A DNA stretch of 64,000 nt from assembly GCA_964230645.1 (NCBI GenBank), contig CAXRHT010000002.1:224001-288000 (forward strand), in the 5' to 3' direction. The position numbers and the translations under genes were made by a program. Below the pieces are notes generated by a model, which saw only the letters and a list, made by a program, of their open reading frames with translations, ran no database searches and was not told where the DNA came from. Origin of the DNA: Bdellovibrionales bacterium. Lineage in GTDB: Bacteria; Bdellovibrionota; Bdellovibrionia; Bdellovibrionales; JAGQZY01. This document shows, piece after piece, positions 46,254 through 55,571 of this stretch; position 1 is the first letter of the stretch, and each line of letters starts with the position of its first letter.

Positions 46254-49200
46254 TTAATTACTACAACACCACACCGGTAAAGAGTTACAAGGTAAAAGAC
46301 CATCATTAGTGGTACCCGTTTCATACACATTGTATCCCGAGTTTTTATAACCACCGATATCAGCCACCCATCCACGGTGTTGATTGGATGTATAATCGAC
46401 AAAATTCCCCATGCAGTTTATGGCATCATCGCCAGCATCTGGACGAGAGGTGTTACAAGAACCCGTTCCTCGTTCAGCCGCAGTACACACCCAGGTTCCT
46501 TGTGGGCAAGCCGCTTGAGCGCCGTACCAGGCCGCAGTAGTATAGCTTAAACCAAAATTAACACTGCCATTACTACAAAGCCCTGCTTCCACTCCTGATG
46601 TTCCATATCTTTGGGTTCCAGGTCTCCCCTCTCCCCAGAGTCGATTGTCGCCGGCACTATCCACTGAGCGTACCTCACCAACAACTTCAAGCTTTGCTTC
46701 GGGATCGGCAGTACCTATACCTACATCTCCGACTCTTGTAATCGTCATTTGTTCATCATAGTAGTCGCTACCAAAAGGATTAACCATTCCCTGTCCTAGT
46801 ACAATTCGATCGGCCCCTCCGTTATCAGAAACAATTCCTAAAAATCCGGTAGAGATTTCTTGATAAACGTTGGTGGCTTCAAATTTTAAAAAGGAAGCCG
46901 TATTATCAGCCTCCTCAGTGTTGGTAATTTTTAAAGAAGGACCACCTGGTGCAGATAAGGAACTTGAAGAGGACGAATAGGAGGTCGAATCTTGCTCAGA
47001 AGCCTGCATAAGCGCTGTCGGTGCTGTTGTTCCAATACCAACATTGCCCGTATTATCAATTCTAACTTTCTCACTCCCATTGGTGGAAAAACCAATGTTG
47101 TCAGCCGCTGGATTGAACAATCCCGTATTAGAGTCCGCAGAAAAGCTCATGGCCGGGGTTGAAGCTCCAGAATTACTTAGAAGTAACTCCGCACCAGCGT
47201 TTAGGGCGAAGTTTTGGTACGAAGTCGTTACAGAAGCCCCTCCGTCGATATTTAAAAAAGAGTTGAATCCCGAACAATCCGAATTCGCACAGTAACCAAA
47301 TGAAAAAAGTTCCAAACCACTGCTGGTTCTCATTGCGTAAGCATTAGAGAGATCATTGGGAGTCGTGTCATGGGCGATTATACCACTCGTGTCGGTGAGA
47401 ACCATTCTTCCTTCATTAGTAATAAATAGCGCATCTATTTCACTACCATCAGCGGAATCTAAAGAGTGACCGTCGCCACCCGAGGCTCCCCCACCAGCTT
47501 CCACCCATGCACTGCCATCATAAAATTTTAACTTATTAGAATCACCACTATCGACGGCAATGTCACCGGCTACAGGCGAGCCTGGTAGAGTCGAAGCCGT
47601 TAAGCGCATTGGCCCATTTATGTGTAACTTTCGTGCTGGAGCACTTGTGCCAATTCCAAGATTACCTGTGGGATCAATTCTTAAGGTCTCCGTCCCCCCA
47701 TTGGTAAAACCAATTGAGTTGGCTGCGGGTCGGAAAACTCCAGTGTCATCGTCATCTCGAAAAGAGTAGCTCGGATTTGTAACTCCCCCTCCCCAAAGAT
47801 TGATAAAAAACGAGCCACTTTGCCAACCGTAGAGACTTCCAGAATCGATCGTCATACGCTCGTTCCCACCGAGACTAAATGCCATGGCATCACCATAAGG
47901 ACTAAAAATTCCAGTATTGGTATCCCCATCAAAGGAAAACCCCGGAGTTGAACTGGCTCCCACATTGGCTAAAATCGTATCTCCGTCTGTGTAGCCAGCA
48001 CCTCCTGCGGCACCTGTGTCCACCCAACTAGATCCGTCAAAAAATTTTAATTTATTAGAGTCTCCGCTATCGATAGCTATATCACCAGCCGCAGGAGCCC
48101 CTGGAAGAGCCCCTGGATTCAAGCGAGCAGGGCCATCAACATGTAGCTTACGTGCTGGAGTCGTTGTCCCTATCCCTATATTTCCAGTTGAGTCGATGAC
48201 CAGTCGATCTTCTCCAGCAGTAGTAAAGCTCATTAGGTCAGCCCCGAGTCTATAAATTCCGGTGTCCACATCGGATGAAAATGAGAAGGAAGGTGTGGTT
48301 TTACTGGGAACTGAAGTAGACAAAAACCAAGATCCCACAGTGGGAGATTGAATGGCCTCTGGACTTACTATCATTCGCTGTTGTCCACCGGCATATAATC
48401 TAAACTGATTGGCCGAACCACTTCTAAAAATTCCTGTGTCCTCATCACCCGCAAAGTTGAGAGCATAGGATGAGCCCCTTAGGGTTAAAGCTCCGGTCAT
48501 ATCAACCGATCCATCAGCGAGGAAATCTCCACTTCCTCCTACAGGATCGACCCATGATAACGCTCCTGAACCGTCTGTTTGTAAAACTTGATTCGCATCC
48601 CCGTCATCTACTGGAAGTGTTAGAGTGTAGTTATTGGCTAAAGAAGCCGGCGCAATTATTTCTACATCGTTTAGTCCATTATCAGAGTCTTCTGACAGCC
48701 GAATGGCTCCAGCCGTTGAGGCGTTACCTCTAACTCTTAAAGTGCGATTAACGGACGAACTCGTTGAACCAAACGTAGCGAAAATCCCCCCTACATCACC
48801 CATTTCAATCTCTTGATTGGTCGGCTCCGTGGTTCCAGTCCCTGCAATCACTAAACTTGATGAAGAGGTTCCAGGTAAGAGACCGCCTGGGGAGTCTTCT
48901 ACTTGGATGATCCAACCGTCAGTGGTGTTATCAAGTTTGATTCCTGGATTTTCATCAGATTGAAGTTGTAAAACGGCGTGATTGCCGGCACCCGTAGCGT
49001 TCACTGTGAGGAGTTCTGAAGGGGCCGTTGATCCAATACCCACTCTTCCATTGGCATCAAGCCGAAGGCGTTCAGTTCCACCTAAAGAAAAACCGATTTG
49101 ATTCGAAGCTGGACGAAAAATTCCGGTATCAGAATCAGCCCAGAAAGAAAAGGCTGGGGTACTGGCATCAAGACCATCTCGAGTCATGAATCCGGTTCCG

Positions 49201-52200
49201 GCAAAAGTACCTGCCACAAATCCTGAAGGCGCAAACTGAAAACGTAAACTTCCTCCCAAGGAAAGGCCTAATTCATTCGCTCCGATACGATAAAATCCAG
49301 AGTCTTGATCTGCTGCAAAAGAAATGCTAGGTGCTGAGGCATTTCCAGAGGCGGCATCAAATTGCCCAGTCATTGCCACAGAACCATCGGCCAAAAAATC
49401 TCCTGAGCTGCCACCAATTCCACTAGATAAATCTAGACAATTAGTATTGTTCTCATCGCAAATTTCGGCTGCATTAATACTTCCAGTATGAACGTCTAAG
49501 GCAACAGCGGGAGCAGTGGTGCCAATACCGACATTTCCTGTTCCTGTTACGATCGCAGGACCTGAATTTGAAGTGAAATATCCAGCCACGCTGGTATCAC
49601 TTTGAGCACGGATAGCATAACTATCTAAAGAAAGGGCATCCACTCCGTACCCAGTATCCGATTCACCATAAACTCCCGTCGACGCACTCGAATATCCATA
49701 AACACCGATCACAGGTGAAGAGCCGTGAATCGCAATCCCATTTGTGGAGGACGCGTTTAGACCATAGTCAAAACCGGTGGAAGAAATATTAAGCTCTTCA
49801 CTGGCTGAATCCCATGACAAACCTGAAGTTGCGGCAAATGAGCCTGCATTATTGAACTGTAATTGTCCTGTACTACCAGCCGGAGTTCCTCCTCCTGCCG
49901 ATCCACCGGCTTCCACCCAACTAGAGCCGTCGTAAAATTTTAATTTGTTAGAGTCAGCGCTATCAAAATACAAATCCCCTGCGCTAGGAGAGCTTGGGAC
50001 TGCCTGTGGTGTCAGCCTCATGGCTCCATTAACATGCAACAGTCGCTCTGGTGCCGTTGTTCCAATTCCCACATTCTGTGTGGTGCTTTGAATCCTCATT
50101 GATTCATTGCCATCGTTGCTGAAAGTGATATCTTCACCAGCGAATGCACCAATATCAAATATCCCTGTGGCTTCGTTGAGAGTCAATACACCAGCACCGG
50201 CTCCATCTTGCAACATCAGTGTTGCAAAACCACCGGAATTATCAACCGTAACCACTGTTGAATCATTTGATTCTAGTCTTAATATATTGTTATTGGAACC
50301 AAGAGTTACGATACCGTCGTTTCCACCATTATTAATGTCCCCACCACCACCACTGATACCAGAGGAAAGATCTAAACAATTCGCATTATTTTCATCACAA
50401 ATTTCAGCTGCGTTAATGCTCCCTGTATTTACATCAAGTGCTACAACAGGAGATGAGGTCCCTACACCAACAAATCCGCCCGAATTCAAACGAAGCCTCT
50501 CAGAGCCATCAATTTGAAAGATAATATCGCTACCAGGGTTTGTATTATTGTCATCAGCCTGTAGTATAATTGATCCAGAGTTATCGGAAACGATCAATCC
50601 ATAGGCCCCAGTGTCTGAATCTTGAAGTCTAATTCCTGGAACCGCGCTATTTATATGCAAATTGTGAAGAGGATTAGTGGTTCCGATTCCAATAAGTCCT
50701 CCACTATTAATTGTCATTCTCGTCGTGTCGTTAGTCTCAAACCTTAAATCAAAGGCGTCGTTGGTACCAGTGGTTAGGTTCGCCCCCAGAGTATTTCCTC
50801 CATTAACTAAATAACCATCATCAGCAATAATCGCCTCTACTTCGGCACTTGATAGGACGAAATTACTTCGAGTCATTTTTCTCAAACCACCAGCAGAAAC
50901 ATCATGAATTAAAATTTCATCACCACTGGCTACAATGGCTTCACTTGTTTCATTGGTAATATCAACATTGACACCACTTCCATCCACTGAGATTCCTGAA
51001 CCTCCAGCGACTTCGATATCGTCGGCATTAACATTGATTCCATTACCCGCTCCGATAGCAAGAGTTAGATTGGTGGAAAGGTTGCCACCACCTGTTAGTC
51101 CCGCGCCAGAAATGATTTGTGTCGAGGTAGCTACTTTGTCACTATTAAGTTCAGCGATTGCTGCCTGTAAAGTCGTTGCCGTTAAGGGTGTAGTTCCAAC
51201 AGGAATGGCAGTGGGATCAAACTGGGCTTCATCCACTGTTAAAGTGACGACATCAGCAACTGTCGAAACTCCAATTTTAGTATTCGCAGACGCTAAACTT
51301 CTAAACTCAAAGTCCACTCCACTTTTTTGTTTGAAAATAGGTGAGCCCGCACCAACAGTAGAAGCCGTGTTAGCCTCTCCACCCGAAGCTGTGCCAAAAG
51401 CCTCCCAATTACTGCCATCACAAAAAGAAACAGATCCACCGACATATTTTAATGTTCCGGCTTTGGTGCCATCACAAGCATCAAGGTCGTCACCAATTTG
51501 TACGCCACCTGAAACCTGCAGTAACGAAGAAGGCTGAATTGTTCCAATACCAACGTTGCCATCAGAAGTGATCCTCATTCTCTCGTCGTAACCTCCGGAG
51601 CCGTTGTTTAGGAAGAGCAGGTCACCGTAACCATTTGTGGAGTCTGTTATTTTTGTTCCAATTACTCCGATTGAATCAGAAACAGAGTTACCCATCGATA
51701 CGGAAACCATCCGTCCAATGGCTCCTCCCTCTGCCGCATCATTCTGAATAAGAAGTCCGGCGTGGTTACCAAGTGTATTTGCATTGTTTCGTCCACGAAT
51801 GACGGCTCCCCAGTTCTTAGTTGTGTTAAAAGCTTTTAAGGGTACGGAGTCATCTGTTGTCTGAATGTCGAGACGATTTGAAGGGCTTGTTGTTCCGATA
51901 CCTACATTTCCTGCATAGTCGATTCGCATGGCCTCAGCCATGGGGTTAGTCCCAGTTGTTGAGGGATGAGTAAAGAATGCAATTCCTAACCTGTCAGAAC
52001 CTGACCCCTCCTGGACTGAAGAGATTGCAGCTCTTCTTTCAGTACTATCACTTTTACTCCAGGCAATCGCTGATCCATGTGAGGAAGCGCCTATCCCTCT
52101 ATTGTCCAAAAGAAAACCTGTTCCAGTCTGACTGGCCCCAGCAGAGGCGTCAAAACTTTCTCCAGCAGTCAAATGAAAAGGTGCCAACGGTGTTGATGTT

Positions 52201-54473
52201 CCGATTCCAAGGGAGCCACTTACAACAAGACGGTCATTTATCAACGCATCGTCGAGCACCTGCAATTGAAAAGAATTATCCACTTCTGTGCCCTCCCCGA
52301 TCAATACTCTTCCGTTTCCGTTCCCTATAGCACGTAAGGCAATATCACCCGTCGGAGTTTCGACACTTAACATTGGTGATCCACCTTTTATTTCGAGTGC
52401 ATGCGTTGGTGCTGTGGTTCCTATACCCACCATCCCACTATTTGCGACAGTCATGGCAATTGTGTTATTTGTTTCAAAATTTAAATCGAAATTATCATTA
52501 TTCCCTACTGTCAAATTCGCACCGGTACTGTTACCACCATCTTGAAGGTATCCATTGTTGGCTACAAAGCTATCAACCTCTGATTCCGACAAAACAAAGT
52601 TGGCGCGAGTCATTTCTTTTAAATTTCCAGCATCAGAGCTGTCGCGAATTAAAAGAGAATCCGTCCCTTGCACAATGGCTTCATCAGCAGTACCTGCAAT
52701 ATCAACGTTTACCCCACTGCCGTTAACACTAATTCCACTTCCCGCTCGCACTTCAATATCATCAGCGTTCACAGTGATTCCGTTACCAGCTCCAATATCA
52801 AAGCTTCGATCAGTGGAAAGATCACCACCACCCGTTAAACCTGCACCTGCGGTTAAAGCTCTACTATCAGAAACATAATCAAGGGGCTCTTTATCAACCC
52901 AACTTAATACTCCAGCGCCGCTTGTTGAAAGAACCTGCCCGGGTGTGCCGTCAGCTACCGGAAGTGTCCAAACAAATGATGAAGGAGCAGTGATTGTGTT
53001 GGGAGCCTTAAAACCAATGTATCTTGTACCGGTGTCTTGGAAGCGAATCTCTGTGGTAACTCCACCATTGAGATCCATAACGAGATTTCCGGTCATCGAG
53101 TCACCACTCTTAGCAAGCTTTTCAGTGCTTAACTCTTCAATCCCAGCTTGCACATTTGTGGCCGTATCAACATCGCCCCCATAGGTGTTATCAAAATCTA
53201 TCTGTGAAGCATCATAGTCACCCGCAAGCGCCGAAACGTTTCCAGACCTGCCAAAAACTTGTGTCACGCCAGCGTTTACGTCTTGCCATGAAAGAATACC
53301 ACTGCCATCAGTTTGTAAATACTGACCTGGATCACCATCATTATTTGGAAGAGTGAGATTAACATTTCCACCCAATGTTGCCGGAGATTTTAAAGAAACA
53401 TATTCCGTTCCATTAGCAGAATTTTCAAGCAGACGTAGTTCCATTTCATTATTAACTTGCAGGTTACCACCTGAAATTAGACCATTGGTCACACCAATGC
53501 CTCCACCCACGGTGACATTTCCGCCAGTTGTAATTTGATCGACATTGGTGATATTTTGATTTCCCATATCAATGGGGCCAGACATTGTTCCACCGGCAGT
53601 GGGGAGTTTTGTGGTGTCATCGATAACACTTGTGATCCACTGAGTTCCATCCCAACTGATCACTTTACCGACGTCAGCACCACCAGCAAGGGAACCAATA
53701 TTTGTCGTATCAACAGCTCGGCCTCCAATATAACTTCTAGCGTGGCGTACGTTCACAGCATCTGTGTCAGCGACAGGGTTAGGATCATCGAGGTTTATTA
53801 TTTTTTGGTTGTTGTTATCAACATCGGCTGTGGGAGCTCCGGCTGAAAAGCTAGAACTTGTGCCGTCAAGGAGGGCTTGAAGTTCTGTCCAATTGGCATC
53901 GTTAAAGACAAAATCAAGATTGGTTTGGGTAAGATTAAAACCTGTGCCACTATTGATCCTTAAAAGTTCTGAGGCGGTAATACCACTCACACTGGCTGCG
54001 TTGGCTGCATAGGGGACACTGACCACATTGTGATCCTGAGCGAGAGTCACAGGACCTGAACCATCATCAAAAGTGATTCTTAATTTTCTCCCATCACTAG
54101 GGTCAGGTGTATAAGTCGGCCCCGCAACACAATCATCAGGACTTACGACTCCTGTGAAATTATTAAGAGCATTGGTAAGAGTATTTAGATCTTGGAAACT
54201 GCCATCTCCGGGTCTTGCGCCCTCTCCGACTGTAACAGCAAAAATTCCGTTGGAGTTGATCATATTGAGCGTGTGGGACTCTTCATAAAGCACACAAAGC
54301 TCAGGCTCGGGCGAAAGAATTTCGACTTGAAAGTAAACGTTGTTAGCCTCTAAGGCCTGACCGTTGGGTTTAATAATCTGACCTTGGTAGGTAAAATAGG
54401 CGGGCGCTCCCAAGGCAAATGCCGGCAACACCATGGAAAGTAGTAATATTGAAAATCTTCCTCTTACGTGCAC
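46254..54473 (-). CDS. Giant Bdellovibrio-type fibre/adhesin protein (MAT-like), 2739 aa
   Basis: N-terminal TYQGQIIKPNG..LE...CVLYEE and SVPYA motifs; many GNVGIGTT repeats; LTLP..DG..GQ.L.TDG.G.LSW fibre modules. Confidence 0.85.
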   Translation of the reverse strand: MHVRGRFSILLLSMVLPAFALGAPAYFTYQGQIIKPNGQALEANNVYFQVEILSPEPELCVLYEESHTLNMINSNGIFAVTVGEGARPGDGSFQDLNTLTNALNNFTGVVSPDDCVAGPTYTPDPSDGRKLRITFDDGSGPVTLAQDHNVVSVPYAANAASVSGITASELLRINSGTGFNLTQTNLDFVFNDANWTELQALLDGTSSSFSAGAPTADVDNNNQKIINLDDPNPVADTDAVNVRHARSYIGGRAVDTTNIGSLAGGADVGKVISWDGTQWITSVIDDTTKLPTAGGTMSGPIDMGNQNITNVDQITTGGNVTVGGGIGVTNGLISGGNLQVNNEMELRLLENSANGTEYVSLKSPATLGGNVNLTLPNNDGDPGQYLQTDGSGILSWQDVNAGVTQVFGRSGNVSALAGDYDASQIDFDNTYGGDVDTATNVQAGIEELSTEKLAKSGDSMTGNLVMDLNGGVTTEIRFQDTGTRYIGFKAPNTITAPSSFVWTLPVADGTPGQVLSTSGAGVLSWVDKEPLDYVSDSRALTAGAGLTGGGDLSTDRSFDIGAGNGITVNADDIEVRAGSGISVNGSGVNVDIAGTADEAIVQGTDSLLIRDSSDAGNLKEMTRANFVLSESEVDSFVANNGYLQDGGNSTGANLTVGNNDNFDLNFETNNTIAMTVANSGMVGIGTTAPTHALEIKGGSPMLSVETPTGDIALRAIGNGNGRVLIGEGTEVDNSFQLQVLDDALINDRLVVSGSLGIGTSTPLAPFHLTAGESFDASAGASQTGTGFLLDNRGIGASSHGSAIAWSKSDSTERRAAISSVQEGSGSDRLGIAFFTHPSTTGTNPMAEAMRIDYAGNVGIGTTSPSNRLDIQTTDDSVPLKAFNTTKNWGAVIRGRNNANTLGNHAGLLIQNDAAEGGAIGRMVSVSMGNSVSDSIGVIGTKITDSTNGYGDLLFLNNGSGGYDERMRITSDGNVGIGTIQPSSLLQVSGGVQIGDDLDACDGTKAGTLKYVGGSVSFCDGSNWEAFGTASGGEANTASTVGAGSPIFKQKSGVDFEFRSLASANTKIGVSTVADVVTLTVDEAQFDPTAIPVGTTPLTATTLQAAIAELNSDKVATSTQIISGAGLTGGGNLSTNLTLAIGAGNGINVNADDIEVAGGSGISVDGSGVNVDITNETSEAIVASGDEILIHDVSAGGLRKMTRSNFVLSSAEVEAIIADDGYLVNGGNTLGANLTTGTNDAFDLRFETNDTTRMTINSGGLIGIGTTNPLHNLHINSAVPGIRLQDSDTGAYGLIVSDNSGSIILQADDNNTNPGSDIIFQIDGSERLRLNSGGFVGVGTSSPVVALDVNTGSINAAEICDENNANCLDLSSGISGGGGDINNGGNDGIVTLGSNNNILRLESNDSTVVTVDNSGGFATLMLQDGAGAGVLTLNEATGIFDIGAFAGEDITFSNDGNESMRIQSTTQNVGIGTTAPERLLHVNGAMRLTPQAVPSSPSAGDLYFDSADSNKLKFYDGSSWVEAGGSAGGGTPAGSTGQLQFNNAGSFAATSGLSWDSASEELNISSTGFDYGLNASSTNGIAIHGSSPVIGVYGYSSASTGVYGESDTGYGVDALSLDSYAIRAQSDTSVAGYFTSNSGPAIVTGTGNVGIGTTAPAVALDVHTGSINAAEICDENNTNCLDLSSGIGGSSGDFLADGSVAMTGQFDAASGNASAPSISFAADQDSGFYRIGANELGLSLGGSLRFQFAPSGFVAGTFAGTGFMTRDGLDASTPAFSFWADSDTGIFRPASNQIGFSLGGTERLRLDANGRVGIGSTAPSELLTVNATGAGNHAVLQLQSDENPGIKLDNTTDGWIIQVEDSPGGLLPGTSSSSLVIAGTGTTEPTNQEIEMGDVGGIFATFGSTSSSVNRTLRVRGNASTAGAIRLSEDSDNGLNDVEIIAPASLANNYTLTLPVDDGDANQVLQTDGSGALSWVDPVGGSGDFLADGSVDMTGALTLRGSSYALNFAGDEDTGIFRSGSANQFRLYAGGQQRMIVSPEAIQSPTVGSWFLSTSVPSKTTPSFSFSSDVDTGIYRLGADLMSFTTAGEDRLVIDSTGNIGIGTTTPARKLHVDGPARLNPGALPGAPAAGDIAIDSGDSNKLKFFDGSSWVDTGAAGGAGYTDGDTILANVGASSTPGFSFDGDTNTGIFSPYGDAMAFSLGGNERMTIDSGSLYGWQSGSFFINLWGGGVTNPSYSFRDDDDTGVFRPAANSIGFTNGGTETLRIDPTGNLGIGTSAPARKLHINGPMRLTASTLPGSPVAGDIAVDSGDSNKLKFYDGSAWVEAGGGASGGDGHSLDSADGSEIDALFITNEGRMVLTDTSGIIAHDTTPNDLSNAYAMRTSSGLELFSFGYCANSDCSGFNSFLNIDGGASVTTSYQNFALNAGAELLLSNSGASTPAMSFSADSNTGLFNPAADNIGFSTNGSEKVRIDNTGNVGIGTTAPTALMQASEQDSTSYSSSSSSLSAPGGPSLKITNTEEADNTASFLKFEATNVYQEISTGFLGIVSDNGGADRIVLGQGMVNPFGSDYYDEQMTITRVGDVGIGTADPEAKLEVVGEVRSVDSAGDNRLWGEGRPGTQRYGTSGVEAGLCSNGSVNFGLSYTTAAWYGAQAACPQGTWVCTAAERGTGSCNTSRPDAGDDAINCMGNFVDYTSNQHRGWVADIGGYKNSGYNVYETGTTNDGLLPCNSLPVWCCSN

Positions 54474-54643
54474 CTCTTATATTCGGAGTATTTGTTAAAA
54501 AACTAGAGGGATATTGGCCAAAATTTTGGACACTTAGCGCTTTTTTTTAACTTCGCCTGAGACTAGCCTCTTTGTGGGAAGCAGATTCAAAAAGAATCGT
54601 CTCATCTTGAGACCTGAAAAGAGGAAAAGACCCTTGCCATTCT

Positions 54644-54663
54644 TGTTTTAGTGTATTAAAACA
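54644..54663. promoter_or_regulatory. Palindromic operator TGTTTTA-N6-TAAAACA upstream of the TrpR-like gene
   Basis: Perfect 7-bp arms, ending 9 nt before ATG 54673, downstream of TTGCCA (-35 candidate, 54634). Confidence 0.65.
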
Positions 54664-54672
54664 GTAAGTCAG

Positions 54673-54969
54673 ATGCAAAAAAATCAAAACAACTCATTAA
54701 AAAGCCTAAAGCCTCTCATTAAGGCTTTTGTTAGTCTTAAAACTAACAATGAATGTGAAGACTTTCTTTACGACATCTTCACCCCTGCAGAACTGCAATC
54801 TTTGCGCGACCGTTTAGAGGTGGCTCAAAGAATCCTAAAGGGGGAAAGTTATCGCAGCATTGCCCAAGTCACTCAATGCTCTACGGCAACCATCACTCGT
54901 GTCGGTCGAACCCTTAAGTATGGTCGACAAGGGTACCAAAAGGTTCTTAAACCAATGGAGTTAAAGTAA
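54673..54969 (+). CDS. YerC/YecD family TrpR-like repressor
   Basis: FL.DIFTPAEL..L.DRL.VA and SYRSIA..T.CSTATITRV.R.L.YG..GY motifs. Confidence 0.92.
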   Translation: MQKNQNNSLKSLKPLIKAFVSLKTNNECEDFLYDIFTPAELQSLRDRLEVAQRILKGESYRSIAQVTQCSTATITRVGRTLKYGRQGYQKVLKPMELK

Positions 54970-54974
54970 ATCCC

Positions 54975-55571
54975 ATGTTCCCCTCTCTCATCGCTCTTAT
55001 GACTCTCTTTTTCAGTGCTACTTGTTTTGGAGCCCCCGTATGCTCCGATATTTTTAAACCAGCCCCACAAGAATTCTACGAGGCCGCTGTTTTTCCTGGC
55101 GACCCGGAATGGATGGTCTCACTTTTTGATCGCCGTATTCATGAGCAAGAATTTAAAATCTTCCCTCGTGACGAGGGTGTTATTCGTTGGCTACAAAAAA
55201 TAGCCCGCTTAAATCAGGAATACCCTATCGCTTCTCTGAGTCGCAATCGAGGTCTTATTGAGATCTCAAAGGATGTGTGGGAGCGTTTTATAAAAGAAGA
55301 TTTTAATGAAATTTTAATTCTACTCGAAGGTGTCGAGTTAGAGCGCAGTAACCGTTCCCCCAATAGGGATGTTGTATCTCAAACAAAAATTCCTTTCCTT
55401 TTTGAGGCCAATGAGGACACCACCGCCGGGGTTTATACATTGGAGCTTGAGCGTTCTGTGATCGAGTTTATGTTAAAGATGGAAGAACCCGCCTACTATT
55501 CACAGGCCATAGAAAATGGCTGGTACCGGGTGAGCCGCCGCTACACTCCTCCCCCAAGAAATCCTTACTAA
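54975..55571 (+). CDS. Secreted hypothetical protein
   Basis: Signal peptide followed by CSDIF; 198-aa ORF. Confidence 0.6.
   Translation: MFPSLIALMTLFFSATCFGAPVCSDIFKPAPQEFYEAAVFPGDPEWMVSLFDRRIHEQEFKIFPRDEGVIRWLQKIARLNQEYPIASLSRNRGLIEISKDVWERFIKEDFNEILILLEGVELERSNRSPNRDVVSQTKIPFLFEANEDTTAGVYTLELERSVIEFMLKMEEPAYYSQAIENGWYRVSRRYTPPPRNPY

Noticed and set aside
46254..46640. Diversity-generating retroelement target at the lectin-like fibre tip
   Set aside because: No template repeat or reverse transcriptase is seen in the window.
47044..53846. Many + strand ORFs inside the giant fibre gene
   Set aside because: Antisense shadows of a Gly/Ser/Thr-rich coding frame.
46254..54473. Prophage suggested by tail-fibre-like motifs
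   Set aside because: The protein has a signal peptide and a Bdellovibrio-type N terminus, and no phage structural, integrase or replication genes are nearby.
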